A stretch of DNA of 64,000 nt from Macrostomum lignano (lineage: Eukaryota): contig NIVC01000368.1 of the NCBI GenBank assembly GCA_002269645.1, positions 1-64,000 of the forward strand. Reading direction: 5' to 3'. The translations under genes were made by a program, and so were the position numbers. Below are positions 38,071 through 49,435 of this stretch, in pieces (the stretch's first letter is position 1; each line of letters starts with the position of its first letter). The notes under the pieces were generated by a model that did no database searches, was not told the origin of the DNA, and was given only the letters and a program-made list of their open reading frames with translations.

Positions 38071-39218
38071 GTCCAAGTTTGATAGTTGATTTCTTGAATA
38101 ATTCTTAGAGATCAATAGAAAATTGTATAAAAAAGAAGAGATTTTTCAAAACTATTGCATGCATGATGAAGAATGAAAATATCTTCGTCAATGTATTAAT
38201 ATTAACAAAACATAAAAAATCAGGAAAATGGGATAAGGATTGTGGTCTAAATTTCGAATTATTTTTTCTTGACTGATTCAAGGCTTTTCTGCCTATTTGT
38301 CGCAACTCTCCTTGTAATTTCTTAGTTCACCTTCACTTGTCTCTGTTTACTCTGTTTTCTCTCTCTCTGTCTAGCTCAATCTTGTTATTCTTATCTCTCT
38401 CTCCCTTGCTGCCTTCTGATTGGCTCTCCATTCTTGCCTCTCTCTTCAGTCGCGCACTCCACTTCTCTCCTTATTATTCTGGGCTCAACCCCCCAAAGTT
38501 AATACTCTATAAATATATTGGTTTTGGACCCTGCACCCACTTACTGCTCTTCTTAGTATTCAATTTAACTTTACCTGCCTAAATGTTCAGCTACTACAAG
38601 GTTATGCCTTCTAATTTGCAGAAAGTATATTTCACAGAGTCTACAGAGCTTAGTCTTGCTACATCCTATGCAGGAGACAATGGCACAAGACTTTCGCAAA
38701 AAGCTGAATGGTGCTAATTCACTTTCTTGCCAAATGCATTTATATAGCATTTAGCACTCCGCCACTATATAGACATAATGTGGCTCTTTAGCAGTAAATA
38801 AAATCTTAAAGAGCTTTCTGTCTACCACAAAAAAGAATGCATCAACAACTCTGTCGAAGGATGTCACATGGCCTTCAAAGGAAAGCAAGATATGGCAAAC
38901 TTAAATCAATATGCCATAGCAAATTTTCTACATTAGGAGTTCTTGAAACCCATCAATTGCAAGCATTGGAAAGTAGTATTAGGCAAGGCAAACTAATCTA
39001 TAAGTGGTGTGAAGAGAAAATTAAAACTACCTAGTAGGAATTTAATAGCAATGTATGCCAACTTCATAGTCAAGTTTGTTAGGTAGCCTTCTGTACCTAA
39101 CAATAGTTGAATGAATTGATAAGTTTCATAACTGAATAATCATTATCAATAGCATCTTTAAGCATGGTTGCACCCTTTCTTACACTTATATTTTGTCACT
39201 TAAACAAAAATTAACATA

Positions 39219-39860
39219 TCTCAGTCTAGTCAATATCAGTTAAAGTTAATAAAATGATTGTGCAATCTAAATCAACCCTCTAATACACAGCGGCAGTTAT
39301 TCAAATAGAAGTTGAAGCCTCTAAATTTATCTATTGCATCTTACAAAAGTGAGTACAATCTTTGCAGAAAGTTAAAAGTATGGAAATCATTTTTTGAATG
39401 CTTTGCTTTTTGTTTTCATACTTAAAGTAAACAACTTATATCCCCAAACTTAGCATTGAAAGATCCTTCTAGCAGTATAAGTCTCTTTTCTTAAAGTTCA
39501 AAACTTGAAGAACAGTTAGCATTTGAAATTGCCTAGTTTAAAGCATTGAATTTTTTAGTGTACATTCACTGCCTGCTACAGTGAAAGGCTTGCAAATTTA
39601 TGCATTCAATTTCACTGTCCACTAGTTAGCAAGGGTCCAAGTGTACACATGCAGCCATTTAAAATACCACTATCCCCCCACTGGCAAGAAAATACACTTC
39701 TGAGATAGGAACAAATTGTGGCGCAATCACTCAAAATTGATGCAAATTTTCAGTTCAGAGCAGAAAAAGTTGCCAAAGAAGGTTAAGAAAACAGTTTTCT
39801 GCTTTTTAACAGACTGAATTTTAAAAAAATCAACATTAAAATAGCCTATTTTTTGCGTAG
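39219..39860 (+). repeat. Old dispersed repeat; related copies at about 48575-48640 and 49490-50330
   Basis: Shared blocks such as CAGT..GT.A.TATCAGT...AGTTAA...ATTG.GCAA.CTAAATCAACCCTC.AATACACAGCG and GAAAGTTAAAAGTATGGAAATC.TTTTT.AATGCT.TGCTTTTTGTTTTCA. Confidence 0.65.
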
Positions 39861-42800
39861 GAAAATTTTGCCAGGATATATATATGCTTTGCATTTGAGT
39901 TGGTAGTCATCTAGGAAGAGATACGCATTAAACCCATCTGGTCGATTGATCCACTTAGCTTTAGGGTCGATTGATCCACTTAGCTTTAGATATAAGATGA
40001 TATAAATTTTTTTATACAATAATAATTATAAATCAAGTTATTTAATTATATGCCAAATACTCTAGAATATATATGTAACCATTTTTGCATTGGTTAAACT
40101 ATAAAAAACCAGTTTACCTATTTATTTTTATTTGATTAGTATAGCTAGACAACATAGGCATATATAATAGATTTCTTATCATTTACATTACACTATGCAA
40201 AGATAATGTATTTACTTAGCTAGTCCAATTGGATTAAAAGTTTGCCTCTTGTTATATTTATTCAAGATTAATATTAACAATAGAAAATTAGCTTAGGATT
40301 AGGAAGTAAATCTAAGTTACTAACATTATAAGTAGTAAGAGACTAAGAATTGCAAATTAATGGCTGTATTAAAAATAGATTATAGATAAATAAGCTATGC
40401 TATAATAATGACATATAGCATACATAACATGGCCAGCCATCTTTGCATTGCATGCTCATGCATTAAAATGAATTTAGATAATTCTTAAGTAGTATGATAA
40501 ATGACAGTTATACTTAATTTAACTAGACTTAATTTATCCCTTAAATCATAATTCACATTATACATATAATAGGTATTTTCAATAGCAAGGCCTATCTTTG
40601 TACTTAAGATAGGCCTAGTAATAAGATACTCATTTTTTTATTATAGGCTATAGTGCAATATTATAATTCCTTTTATAATTGTTACTTATATTTTTTAAAT
40701 CATGAATAATAATAGGCAAAAGCCATTTATATTAGAATATATCATAAAAAGTCTAGTATTACTAGTTTTTTGTCTAGAAATATATAACTTTTTCTGTCTA
40801 GTTTAATCTTATTGCTTTTTCTTTATTCTCATTGCCTCCTAATATGCTCTTTGGTTTTTTTGTTGTATATTCTACATTTTTGTCTTATTCTTGGGGTAAA
40901 TCTACTAGATAGATACCTATCAACAAGCCATTTTAGTAATATTAAATGGATTAACAACCACTTTCCTTTAAATACTTTAAATATATTCCATAGTCTAGAT
41001 CATGCTAAGTGCATGCCAGAATTACCCAAACCAAATTCAAGAATACACTAGAGAGCAACTGTGATCACAAATGTTATCATGGTCATATATGATCAGGACT
41101 TTTTGTCCTAACCATATATGCCTAATACCCGTTTAACCTGTCTGAACTAAATAAGTGAAATCGCCACTGGCCAAGGACAAAATAAAAAATTTAAAAAAAA
41201 GAAAAATTAGAGGAAGAAAGAAAGGAAAGAAAGAGAAATAGTAAATAAAAGAGGGAGAAAAGAGAGAGTGAAAGAAAAAAAGAAAAAGGCAAGAAAAGTC
41301 ATATACAAAGTAAAAATTAAGTTGCAATTTAGGGAACTAAGTCACAATTGCAAGGAACTATGTTGCAATTGGGAGAAACTAAGTTGCAAATCTGGGCAAA
41401 ACTAAGTTGCACTAGATGGGTAAAATTTTAAGGCTGGGCATCTTACATGTAGGCCCCCTATGGTCTTAACCATAGGGCCTAGTTTAAAATATCATGTCTA
41501 TGAATGATAAATCTATTAAAAACAAATTCTAAAAATTGCTAGTCATAAATTAAGATTTAAGCATTAAATAATGATATATTAACTATAAACTTGCTTGTTT
41601 TATTTTTTCCATTTGTTATATCTTATTATATTTTAATGTTATATTTTACTTTGTCCTATTTTATCACTTAATAAAAAAGGAATGGTATTTAATAAAATTT
41701 GATGACAATTATTTACTAAATCCTATATTAGATACTAAGTGTATCTATCTATCATGTATTTATCATGATATCAGATTACAAATCAAGCCATGATTGGTCA
41801 GTCTCTAAAATACATATATAGGCCTAGCCATAGGGCCTATGCCATTGCCAACAAATCATACTATAGTAGGGCCTATGCGTGCCAACAGACCAGGAGACGA
41901 GCAGAGAGAAAGCCAATGGAATAAACAACAGGGTACAGGCCTAGGCGCTAGGCCTAGGCCTAATCATCCTAATGTAACTCTAAAAAAATTATAAGCAATC
42001 TGAATCATATAAGCCTATACTTTGCATATGATATGCAAACATTGGAATGAAATAACATGCATAATGCACATTGACAACTAGGGCCTACTCACTACTATAC
42101 ATTTTCTTCATTTGCACACTGTAGGGCCTATATCATGCATGAGCATGCTGAGGCTGAGGTTTAGGCCAGAAAATTCTGATGTGCATGATGCACTAGGCCT
42201 ACAAGTCCTACATAGTATGAGTGTAGGCATATTAATTTATTGTAAAGTCTAGCACTTAGGCTAGGCCTAATTTCCAGACAAATGCATCGGAAATATCAAT
42301 AAGATTATAAGAATAAATGTGTTGATATTGTGCAAACTTGATAATTTTCATTTACGGGGTCATTCCAAGGACTACTTAAGTCGTCCTTGGGTCATTCATG
42401 AATCATTCATTTATTTTGCCGCCAACAATTAAGAGCGAAAACAGTATCAATGCAGTGTTTGTACTTTCGTTAAAATAGGGCCTAAGCAATTAAAAGCTAC
42501 AGAAAAGTATATTCTGCGCTAAAAGTAAAAAAACATATTGAAAAATTGTTAAAATTATTTTAAACACTAATCTTGGAAAACGAGTTTAAACTGAATGAGG
42601 AGTGCTCAAGATTTTCTAAATTAGCTTAGGCTTAGATAGACAGTCTAGCGACTATCCAAACAATAATAGCTAGGGCCAAATCAATCGTATTTAGGCCCCC
42701 TATAATTCAAAAGAAGTCTCATTTAATAATTTTTTTATCCGATTGCTAGAGCATTGAATTCTGGCTTAATATACGTTTTACATGCTATTGCCTATTAGGC

Positions 42801-43138
42801 TATTAGTTATGTCATGTGTTATGTCCTAGTCCTATGTCTAATTCTAGCTTTTTCTTTTGATATTCTATGTACTGTATGATATGTACACAGTTTTAAAAAC
42901 ACTAGGATCATTTTTCCATAAAGGCCTACTTTTGGATTTTATTTACTTGTGTTTTATGTAGGCCAAGCTAGTTTATTTTCCTAATTCCTGGTAAATTTTT
43001 GTGATAGGAATTTTTATGTCATATTTTTATTCTTTAAATGGTTAGGCCTAGGCTTAGGCTAGATGCTTTTATTTTGGGTGCCCTTGAATTTAGTAACCGA
43101 AATTTAGTAACCGTGAATTTAGTACCGCCTGAATTTAG

Positions 43139-44320
43139 GGCAACCGATCAAAAGGGCGACAGATGAAAAGGGCAACAGTTAAAAGGGCGACAGTCAAAAG
43201 GGCGACAGTCAAAAGGGCAACAGGGTATTAGACCAAGAACTACTTAAGTGGAAGGATGGGAAACCTCGTTTCTTAGAAAATCTTAGAATCTTAGCAATAA
43301 CAATTTTTGTGCTGACAATTTGTACTTGTATGTTAGAATGGGGTTCTAATATTTAATGTACGCTCATACATTGTACATTGAAACATAGATCAGTGGGGTT
43401 TATTTATTTCATTCACTGAAATCACTTTACCATATAAGTGCTGAGTGTGGTTGCCACGCCTGAATTTAAAATTCATTGCAATCTTGGAGAGAACTTGGAA
43501 AAGACAGTACAATGCATGTAAAAAGTACATGTACAAGTAAAGTGCACATGTAGGAGTAAAAGTGCACATGGACGCAGAGTACTAATTAAGGTGCATATCA
43601 TGGTGTACACGTATATGTACCTGAAAATGTGTACTTTCCATAGAAAAAAAAGAAAAAATCAAACTCGACGGGGTGCACGCGCCCTGTGCGCCCCCTTTAA
43701 ATCCGCTACTGCTAGGCAGCCAGAAAAAATATATTTTTCTTTACTTCAACAGGCGGTTAAGACCAACAACGACTTAGAGAGCTGGCATCGCGCTCTAAAC
43801 TACAGAGCCCAGCGAGGAAACATCCAATTCTACCTGCTCATCAAGCTCCTATTCAATGAAGCGCGAATGATCCCCATAGAGGTGCAGCTCCTCTCCCAAG
43901 GAGTAATGCGCCGCGTACAGCGCAACAGATACCAAAGTATGCAGGCCCAGTACTTCAAATACTGGAGAGAATTCAGGCGTGGTTGCTCGGCGGATGATCT
44001 ACTGAAGGCGGTTAGTGAAATAAATGGACCTCACTGAACCACATTTTAACATTTAATAGTGTGTCCAATACGTGTCCAGCTTTTATACAACCCCATTTTA
44101 ACTGCTCGTACAATTTTAACAATGCATTTTAACAAATACAAGTATGATACATGTTTACTGCTTTTAACAAATACTTTTAATGTACGTGGAACTCGTATTT
44201 TCAATATACATACACTGTAACTGTCGCCCTTTTGACTGTCGCCCTTTTGACTGTCGCCCTTTTGACTGTCGCCCTTTTAACTGTCGCCCTTTTGATCTGT
44301 CGCCCTTTTGACCTGTAGCC
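43139..44320 (+). mobile_element. E2: non-autonomous Mutator-like (MULE) DNA transposon, 1182 bp
   Basis: TIRs GGC(A/T)AC(C/A)G(A/G)TCAAAAGGGCGACAGAT with 15-bp subterminal repeats. 8-bp TSD GAATTTAG at 43131-43138 and 44321-44328. Carries the transposase C-terminal motif KTNNDLESWHRALN. Confidence 0.88.
43753..44037 (+). pseudogene. MULE transposase C-terminal exon fragment
   Basis: AVKTNNDLESWHRALNYRAQRGNIQFYLLIKLLFNEA... matches the TNNxxExWHxxLN pattern of MULE transposases. Preceded by an acceptor-like TTTTCTTTACTTCAACAG. Confidence 0.75.
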
Positions 44321-44426
44321 GAATTTAGTACTGCCTGAATTTAGTACCACCTGAATTTAGTACTGCCTGAATTTAGTACCACCTGAATTTAGTACTGCCT
44401 GAATTTAGTACCACTTGAATTTAGTA

Positions 44427-44723
44427 CATACATGCGCAACCTCCAAAATTCGGTCGGCCATGCGACTTAGTTTTAACAAAAATGCGACGTAGTTTTTGGC
44501 CAAAAATGCGACTTGCATGTAAAAAAACCCTAAAGCAAAATCAACGCAACTTTGGGTAAACGGCAGGAGTAACTATGACTGTCTTATTAATTAAAAATGC
44601 CTCGTCATCTACTTAGTACTACTAGTTTGGTATTTTTTGGGTGGGCATTTTTGCGACTTCCTTGATTGGCCGCCAAATCGGTCGGCCGGATCGGCCGACT
44701 CGGCCGACTGTTGCGCATGTATG
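44427..44723. mobile_element. E3: 297-bp MITE, hAT-like
   Basis: Perfect 14-bp TIR CATACATGCGCAAC. 8-bp TSD ATTTAGTA at 44419-44426 and 44724-44731. Subterminal CGGCCGA motifs. Confidence 0.88.
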
Positions 44724-45659
44724 ATTTAGTACCACCTGAATTTAGTACTGCCTGAATTTAGTACCACTTGAATTTAGTACCACCTGAATTTAGTACTGCC
44801 TGAATTTAGTACCACTTGAATTTAGTACCACCTGAATTTAGTACCACTTGAATTTAGTACCACCTGAATTTAGTACTGCCTGAATTTAGTACCACTTGAA
44901 TTTAGTACCAGGCTCATTCCATATAAGCATGGTCGTAACATGACAGGTTATTTTTACTTATAAAATGAAATCTAATAATAGAATATACTAAACCAATATT
45001 TTAAATGAAAGATTATTTTGTCTAGAATATATTTATAGAGTTTCATATAGATATCATCATTAGTATAGATGCTATTAAACCTTAAATGACACTTATGGTC
45101 GTAACGACAGGATTTTTGACATATAGAAACTAAAAGGTAAAAGTCTTATAACATTTTTCATTTTTGATATTTTGCAATACATTTTTAAAATTTGACTAAG
45201 AACATCTTTAGAAATCATACTCTTTTATTAGAATATATAAACTCAAAAGGCAACAAAGATACAAAAGAAAAGGCAGCCTTATGGTCGTAACATTATGGTC
45301 GTAACATATTTTTTTCTGTCAATTCAGTAACTTTGAGGTACTAATACATTAAAAATATAATAGATTATTTGGTCACCAATGCTTTTATCTGATGATGCAA
45401 GTACTATACTTTTATCTATAGTTTGTTTCAACCTTCAAAAGCTTTCTATTTGTTTTTAAAAGGTACAAAATCTTAATGATGTCTTTTGCTTCGAAAAATG
45501 TCCAAATTTTTACAAAAATGACTTTTTGCCAATTGATAACATACTAATCCAACATTTTACCATTCCTTTATTCTTATTGCATTGCCAAAGAAATGCAATA
45601 CACGTTTTTTAATAAGCTACATGTATCCTTGAAATCTTAAAAAATCTCCTATCAAACCT

Positions 45660-46103
45660 TGTAAGCCTTGACATGTCAGTAATTCCCCCCCACAAGCTTT
45701 AACATATCAACTTCCCCCCTTGACATCTCAGCCATGCCCCCAATAAGCCTTGGAAATCTAAAAATATCTGTCAACCTTCTAACCCTAACCCTAACCTAAC
45801 CCTAAAGCATTGAAATTTCAGTAATTCTCTTTAAGAGTCATTATAGCACTACTACAGCATTATAGCGATTCCCTGCAAGCCTCGACATCATAGGGATTCC
45901 CAAATGAATATCTTAACTTTGACATGAAGCTTCTTTTATTTTTTACATTACACTTTTTTAATCAGCGATCCCTCCCCTGAGGAGGCATCAAATAATGTAA
46001 TAAAAAGTTTTCAATAAACTACATGTAGCTTCTGACTTTAGCCTTGAAATCTCATTTATACCCCCGTGAGCCTTGACATCTCAGCTATTCCCCCCGTAAG
46101 CCT
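45660..46103 (+). repeat. Dispersed repeat with internal TAACCC tracts; second copy at 62158-62589
   Basis: About 440 bp collinear with 62158-62589 (GTAAGCC.TGACATGTCAG...AGAGTCATTATAGCACTACTACAG...GCCTTGACATCTCAGCTATTCCCCC.GTAAGCC). Confidence 0.85.
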
Positions 46104-46699
46104 TAACATGTCAGCGATGGCGCCCATAAACCTTGAAATCTGAAAAATCCCCTGCTAACCTTGAAACTCGATAAAATATAACCCTCAACCCACACCTGAC
46201 CTAAACCTAACTTTAACCCAACATAAAGCCTTGAAATCTCAGCAATTCTTCTCCCCTAAGCCTTGACATTTTAGTGATCCCTTCTTTAAGAATCACAGCA
46301 CTATAACGATTTCCACCTAGCTTTGACATCGTAGCAATTCCCAAATGAATCTTTTAACTTCGACATGACTTTTCTTTTATGTATACATAGTGCTACTTTT
46401 ATTTTTTACATGACTCTTCTTCTATCAGCGCCTCCCGTGGCGAGCCAACAAAGAATGCAATAAAAAAAATTGAGTAAAGTACATGAACCTTGAATTAGCT
46501 TCTGACTTTTGCTTTGACATCTCAGAAACCCCGCCCCCCCCCCCCCCCCCCCCGTAATCTCAGTTATTCTCTGAGAGCCTTGACGTCTCAGTTTTTCTCC
46601 CCAGCACAGCATTATAGCTGCATTTAATTTTTCCATGACACCTTTCATGTCTGACATGACGCTTCTTTTATTCTACTATGATGCTTCTTAATTTTTTAA

Positions 46700-48362
46700 A
46701 TGACACTTTCATTAGTTTTTAAATGACGCTTCTATGATTTTTTCATGACGATTCTATGATTTTTTACATGACGCTTCTATGATTTTTAGATGACGCTTCG
46801 ATGATTGTTTACATGACGCTTATATGATTTTTAACATGACGCTTCTATGATTTTTAAAATGACGCTTCTATGATTGTTTACATGACGCTTCTATGATTTT
46901 TTACATGACGCTTCTATGATTTTTAACATGACGCTTCTATGATTGTTTACATGACGCTTCTATGATTGTTTACATGACGCTTCTATGATTTTTTTAAATG
47001 ACGCTTCTATGATTTTTATATTACGCTCTTACGATTTTTTACATGACGCTTCTATGATTGTTTACACGATGCTTCTATGATTTTTACATGGCGCTTCTAT
47101 GATTGTTTACATGACGCTTCTATGATTTTTACATGACGCTTCTATGATTTTTACATGACGCTTCTATGATTTTTTACATGACGCTTCTATGATTTTTTAC
47201 ATGACGCTTCTATGATTTTTTACATGACGCTTCTATGATTGTTTACATGACGCTTCTATGATTGTTTACATGACGCTTCTATGATTTTTTAAATGACGTT
47301 TTTTGATTTTTATATGACGCCTCTATGATTTTTTACATGACGCTTCTATGATTTTTTACATGACGCTTCTATGATTGTTTACATGACGCTTCTATGATTG
47401 TTTACATGACGCTTCTATTATTGTTTACATGACGCTTTCATGATTTTTTACATGACGCTTCTATGATTTTTTACATGACGCTTCTATGATTTTTTACTTG
47501 ACGCTTCTATTATTTTTTACATGACGCTTCTATGATTTTTTACATGACGCTTCTATGATTTTTTACATGACGCTTCTATGATTTTTTACATGACGCTTCT
47601 ATGATTGTTTACATGACGCTTCTATGATTTTTTCATGGCGCTTCTATGATTTTTTACATGACGCTTCTATGATTTTTTACATGACGCTTCTATGATTGTT
47701 TACATGACGCTTTCATGATTGTTTTCATGACGCTTCTATGATTTTTTTACATGACGCTTCTATGATTTTTTACATGACGCTTCTTTTGATTTTTACATGA
47801 CGCTTCTATGATTTTTTATATGACGCTTTCATGTTTGTTTACATGACGCTTCTATGATTCTCTACATGACGCTTCTATGATTTTTTACATGACGCTTCTA
47901 TGATTGTTTACATGACGCTTCTATGATTGTTTACATGACGCTTCTATGATTTTTTAAATGACGTTTTTTTGATTTTTATATGACGCCTCTATGATTTTTT
48001 AAATGACGCTTCTATGATTTTTATATTACGCTCTTACGATTTTTTACATGACGCTTCTATGATTGTTTACACGATGCTTCTATGATTTTTTACATGACTC
48101 TTCTATGATTTTTACATGACGCTTTAATGATTTTTTCATGACGCTTCTACGATTTTTTACATGAAGCTTCTATGATTGTTTACATGACGCTTCTATGATT
48201 GTTTACATGACGCTTCTATGATTGTTTACATGACGCTTCTATGATTTTTTACATGACACTTCTATGCTTTTTACATGATGCTTCCACGATTTTTTACATG
48301 ACACTTCTACGATTTTTTACATGACGCTTCTATGATTTTTTACATGACGCTTTTATGATTTT
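46700..48362. repeat. 23-bp minisatellite (CATGACGCTTCTATGATTTTTTA), about 72 units
   Basis: Tandem array with variable T-run length. Confidence 0.95.
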
Positions 48363-48891
48363 TTTAGTTTTCTTGGCGTTAAAAAGCTTTAATTAAAAAA
48401 ACTCTACTCTCTAAAAATTCGAACCATCGTTTCTGCATTTAGCAGTTCAGTCTGTTTACCTCTAGGCTAGCTCTCATCGTTTTGATAGCATGAATTCAGC
48501 ACTTATAATTATAAGTTTCAAAACTCCAAGCATAGAGTAAATCACACGAGGCAGTTATTACATAATCAATTTCTCAGTCAGTCAGTATCAGTTAACAATA
48601 TTGTTGCGCAATCTAAATCAAGTCTGCAGTGCTACGCTTCCACACTGCATTTTCAATACTGTGAAGCAATTCAAGTCGGAGTTACAATTCAGTTATGATG
48701 TAATCTATTTCAGAATCAGAATTCAACCAGTCAGTTTTTTCTCTAGCATTCTTACAATGCATTTCAAGTCGAAAAGTTTGCTTGACCTTTGCAAAAAAGC
48801 ATGTTTTTCGAATATTTAATCGCTTTAACATGGAGCAATTTCTTAGCCAAGATGCATGTACCGTCCCAGGAAAATTTCTGATCGAACAGTG

Positions 48892-48970
48892 CAAGTTCGA
48901 AGAAAATCGGTCCAGCCATTTTTTCTCTAATCGATTGCATACAAACAAACAACTCATTTTTAGTATATAC
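48892..48970 (+). mobile_element. Possible 3' end of a non-autonomous Helitron-like element
   Basis: CAAGTTCGAAGAAAATCGGTCCAGCC...CATACAAACAAACAAC...TAGTATATA resembles invertebrate Helitron-type 3' regions (from memory of the family). 5' end not located. Confidence 0.3.
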
Positions 48971-48999
48971 GAGGCCAACTCCTCCTCTGGAGGAGAAAG

Positions 49000-49435
49000 G
49001 GGAAGAATTCCCATCACCGGAACTCCATTCCCTGAAATGCCATTCCCTGAATCCCATCATCCAACTCCTCTCCGCGAAACTGAACATCATCGAAATCTTC
49101 TCCGTAAAAGAAAACTCCATCAAACACCTCTCCGTGAAACTGACATTCATCAAAATCCCCTCGAGAAATAGAAATCCTCTCCGTGAAACTGGACTCCATG
49201 GAAATCCTCTCCGTGAAACTGACATTCATCAAAATCCCCTCCGAGAAACAGAAATCCTCTCCGTGAAACTGGACTCCATGGAAATCCTCTCCGTGAAACT
49301 GACATCCATCAAAATCGTCTTCGCGAAACAGAAATTCTCTCCATTAAACTGGACTGAATCGAAATTTTCTACGTAAAAAAGAATCAACTCTCAGGATTTA
49401 GTGGTTAGGGTTGGGGTTAGGGTTAGGGTTAGAGC
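49000..49435. repeat. Short repeat cluster (CTCTCCGTGAAACTG core) ending in a telomere-like (GGGTTA)n tract
   Basis: Recurring AATCCTCTCCGTGAAACTG units and GGTTAGGGTTGGGGTTAGGGTTAGGGTTAG at about 49403-49431. Confidence 0.6.

Noticed and set aside
49403-49431. Telomere-like TTAGGG tracts (also 45779-45803 and about 62274-62290) as a chromosome end or fusion site
   Set aside because: Only 3-5 imperfect units, embedded in dispersed repeats.
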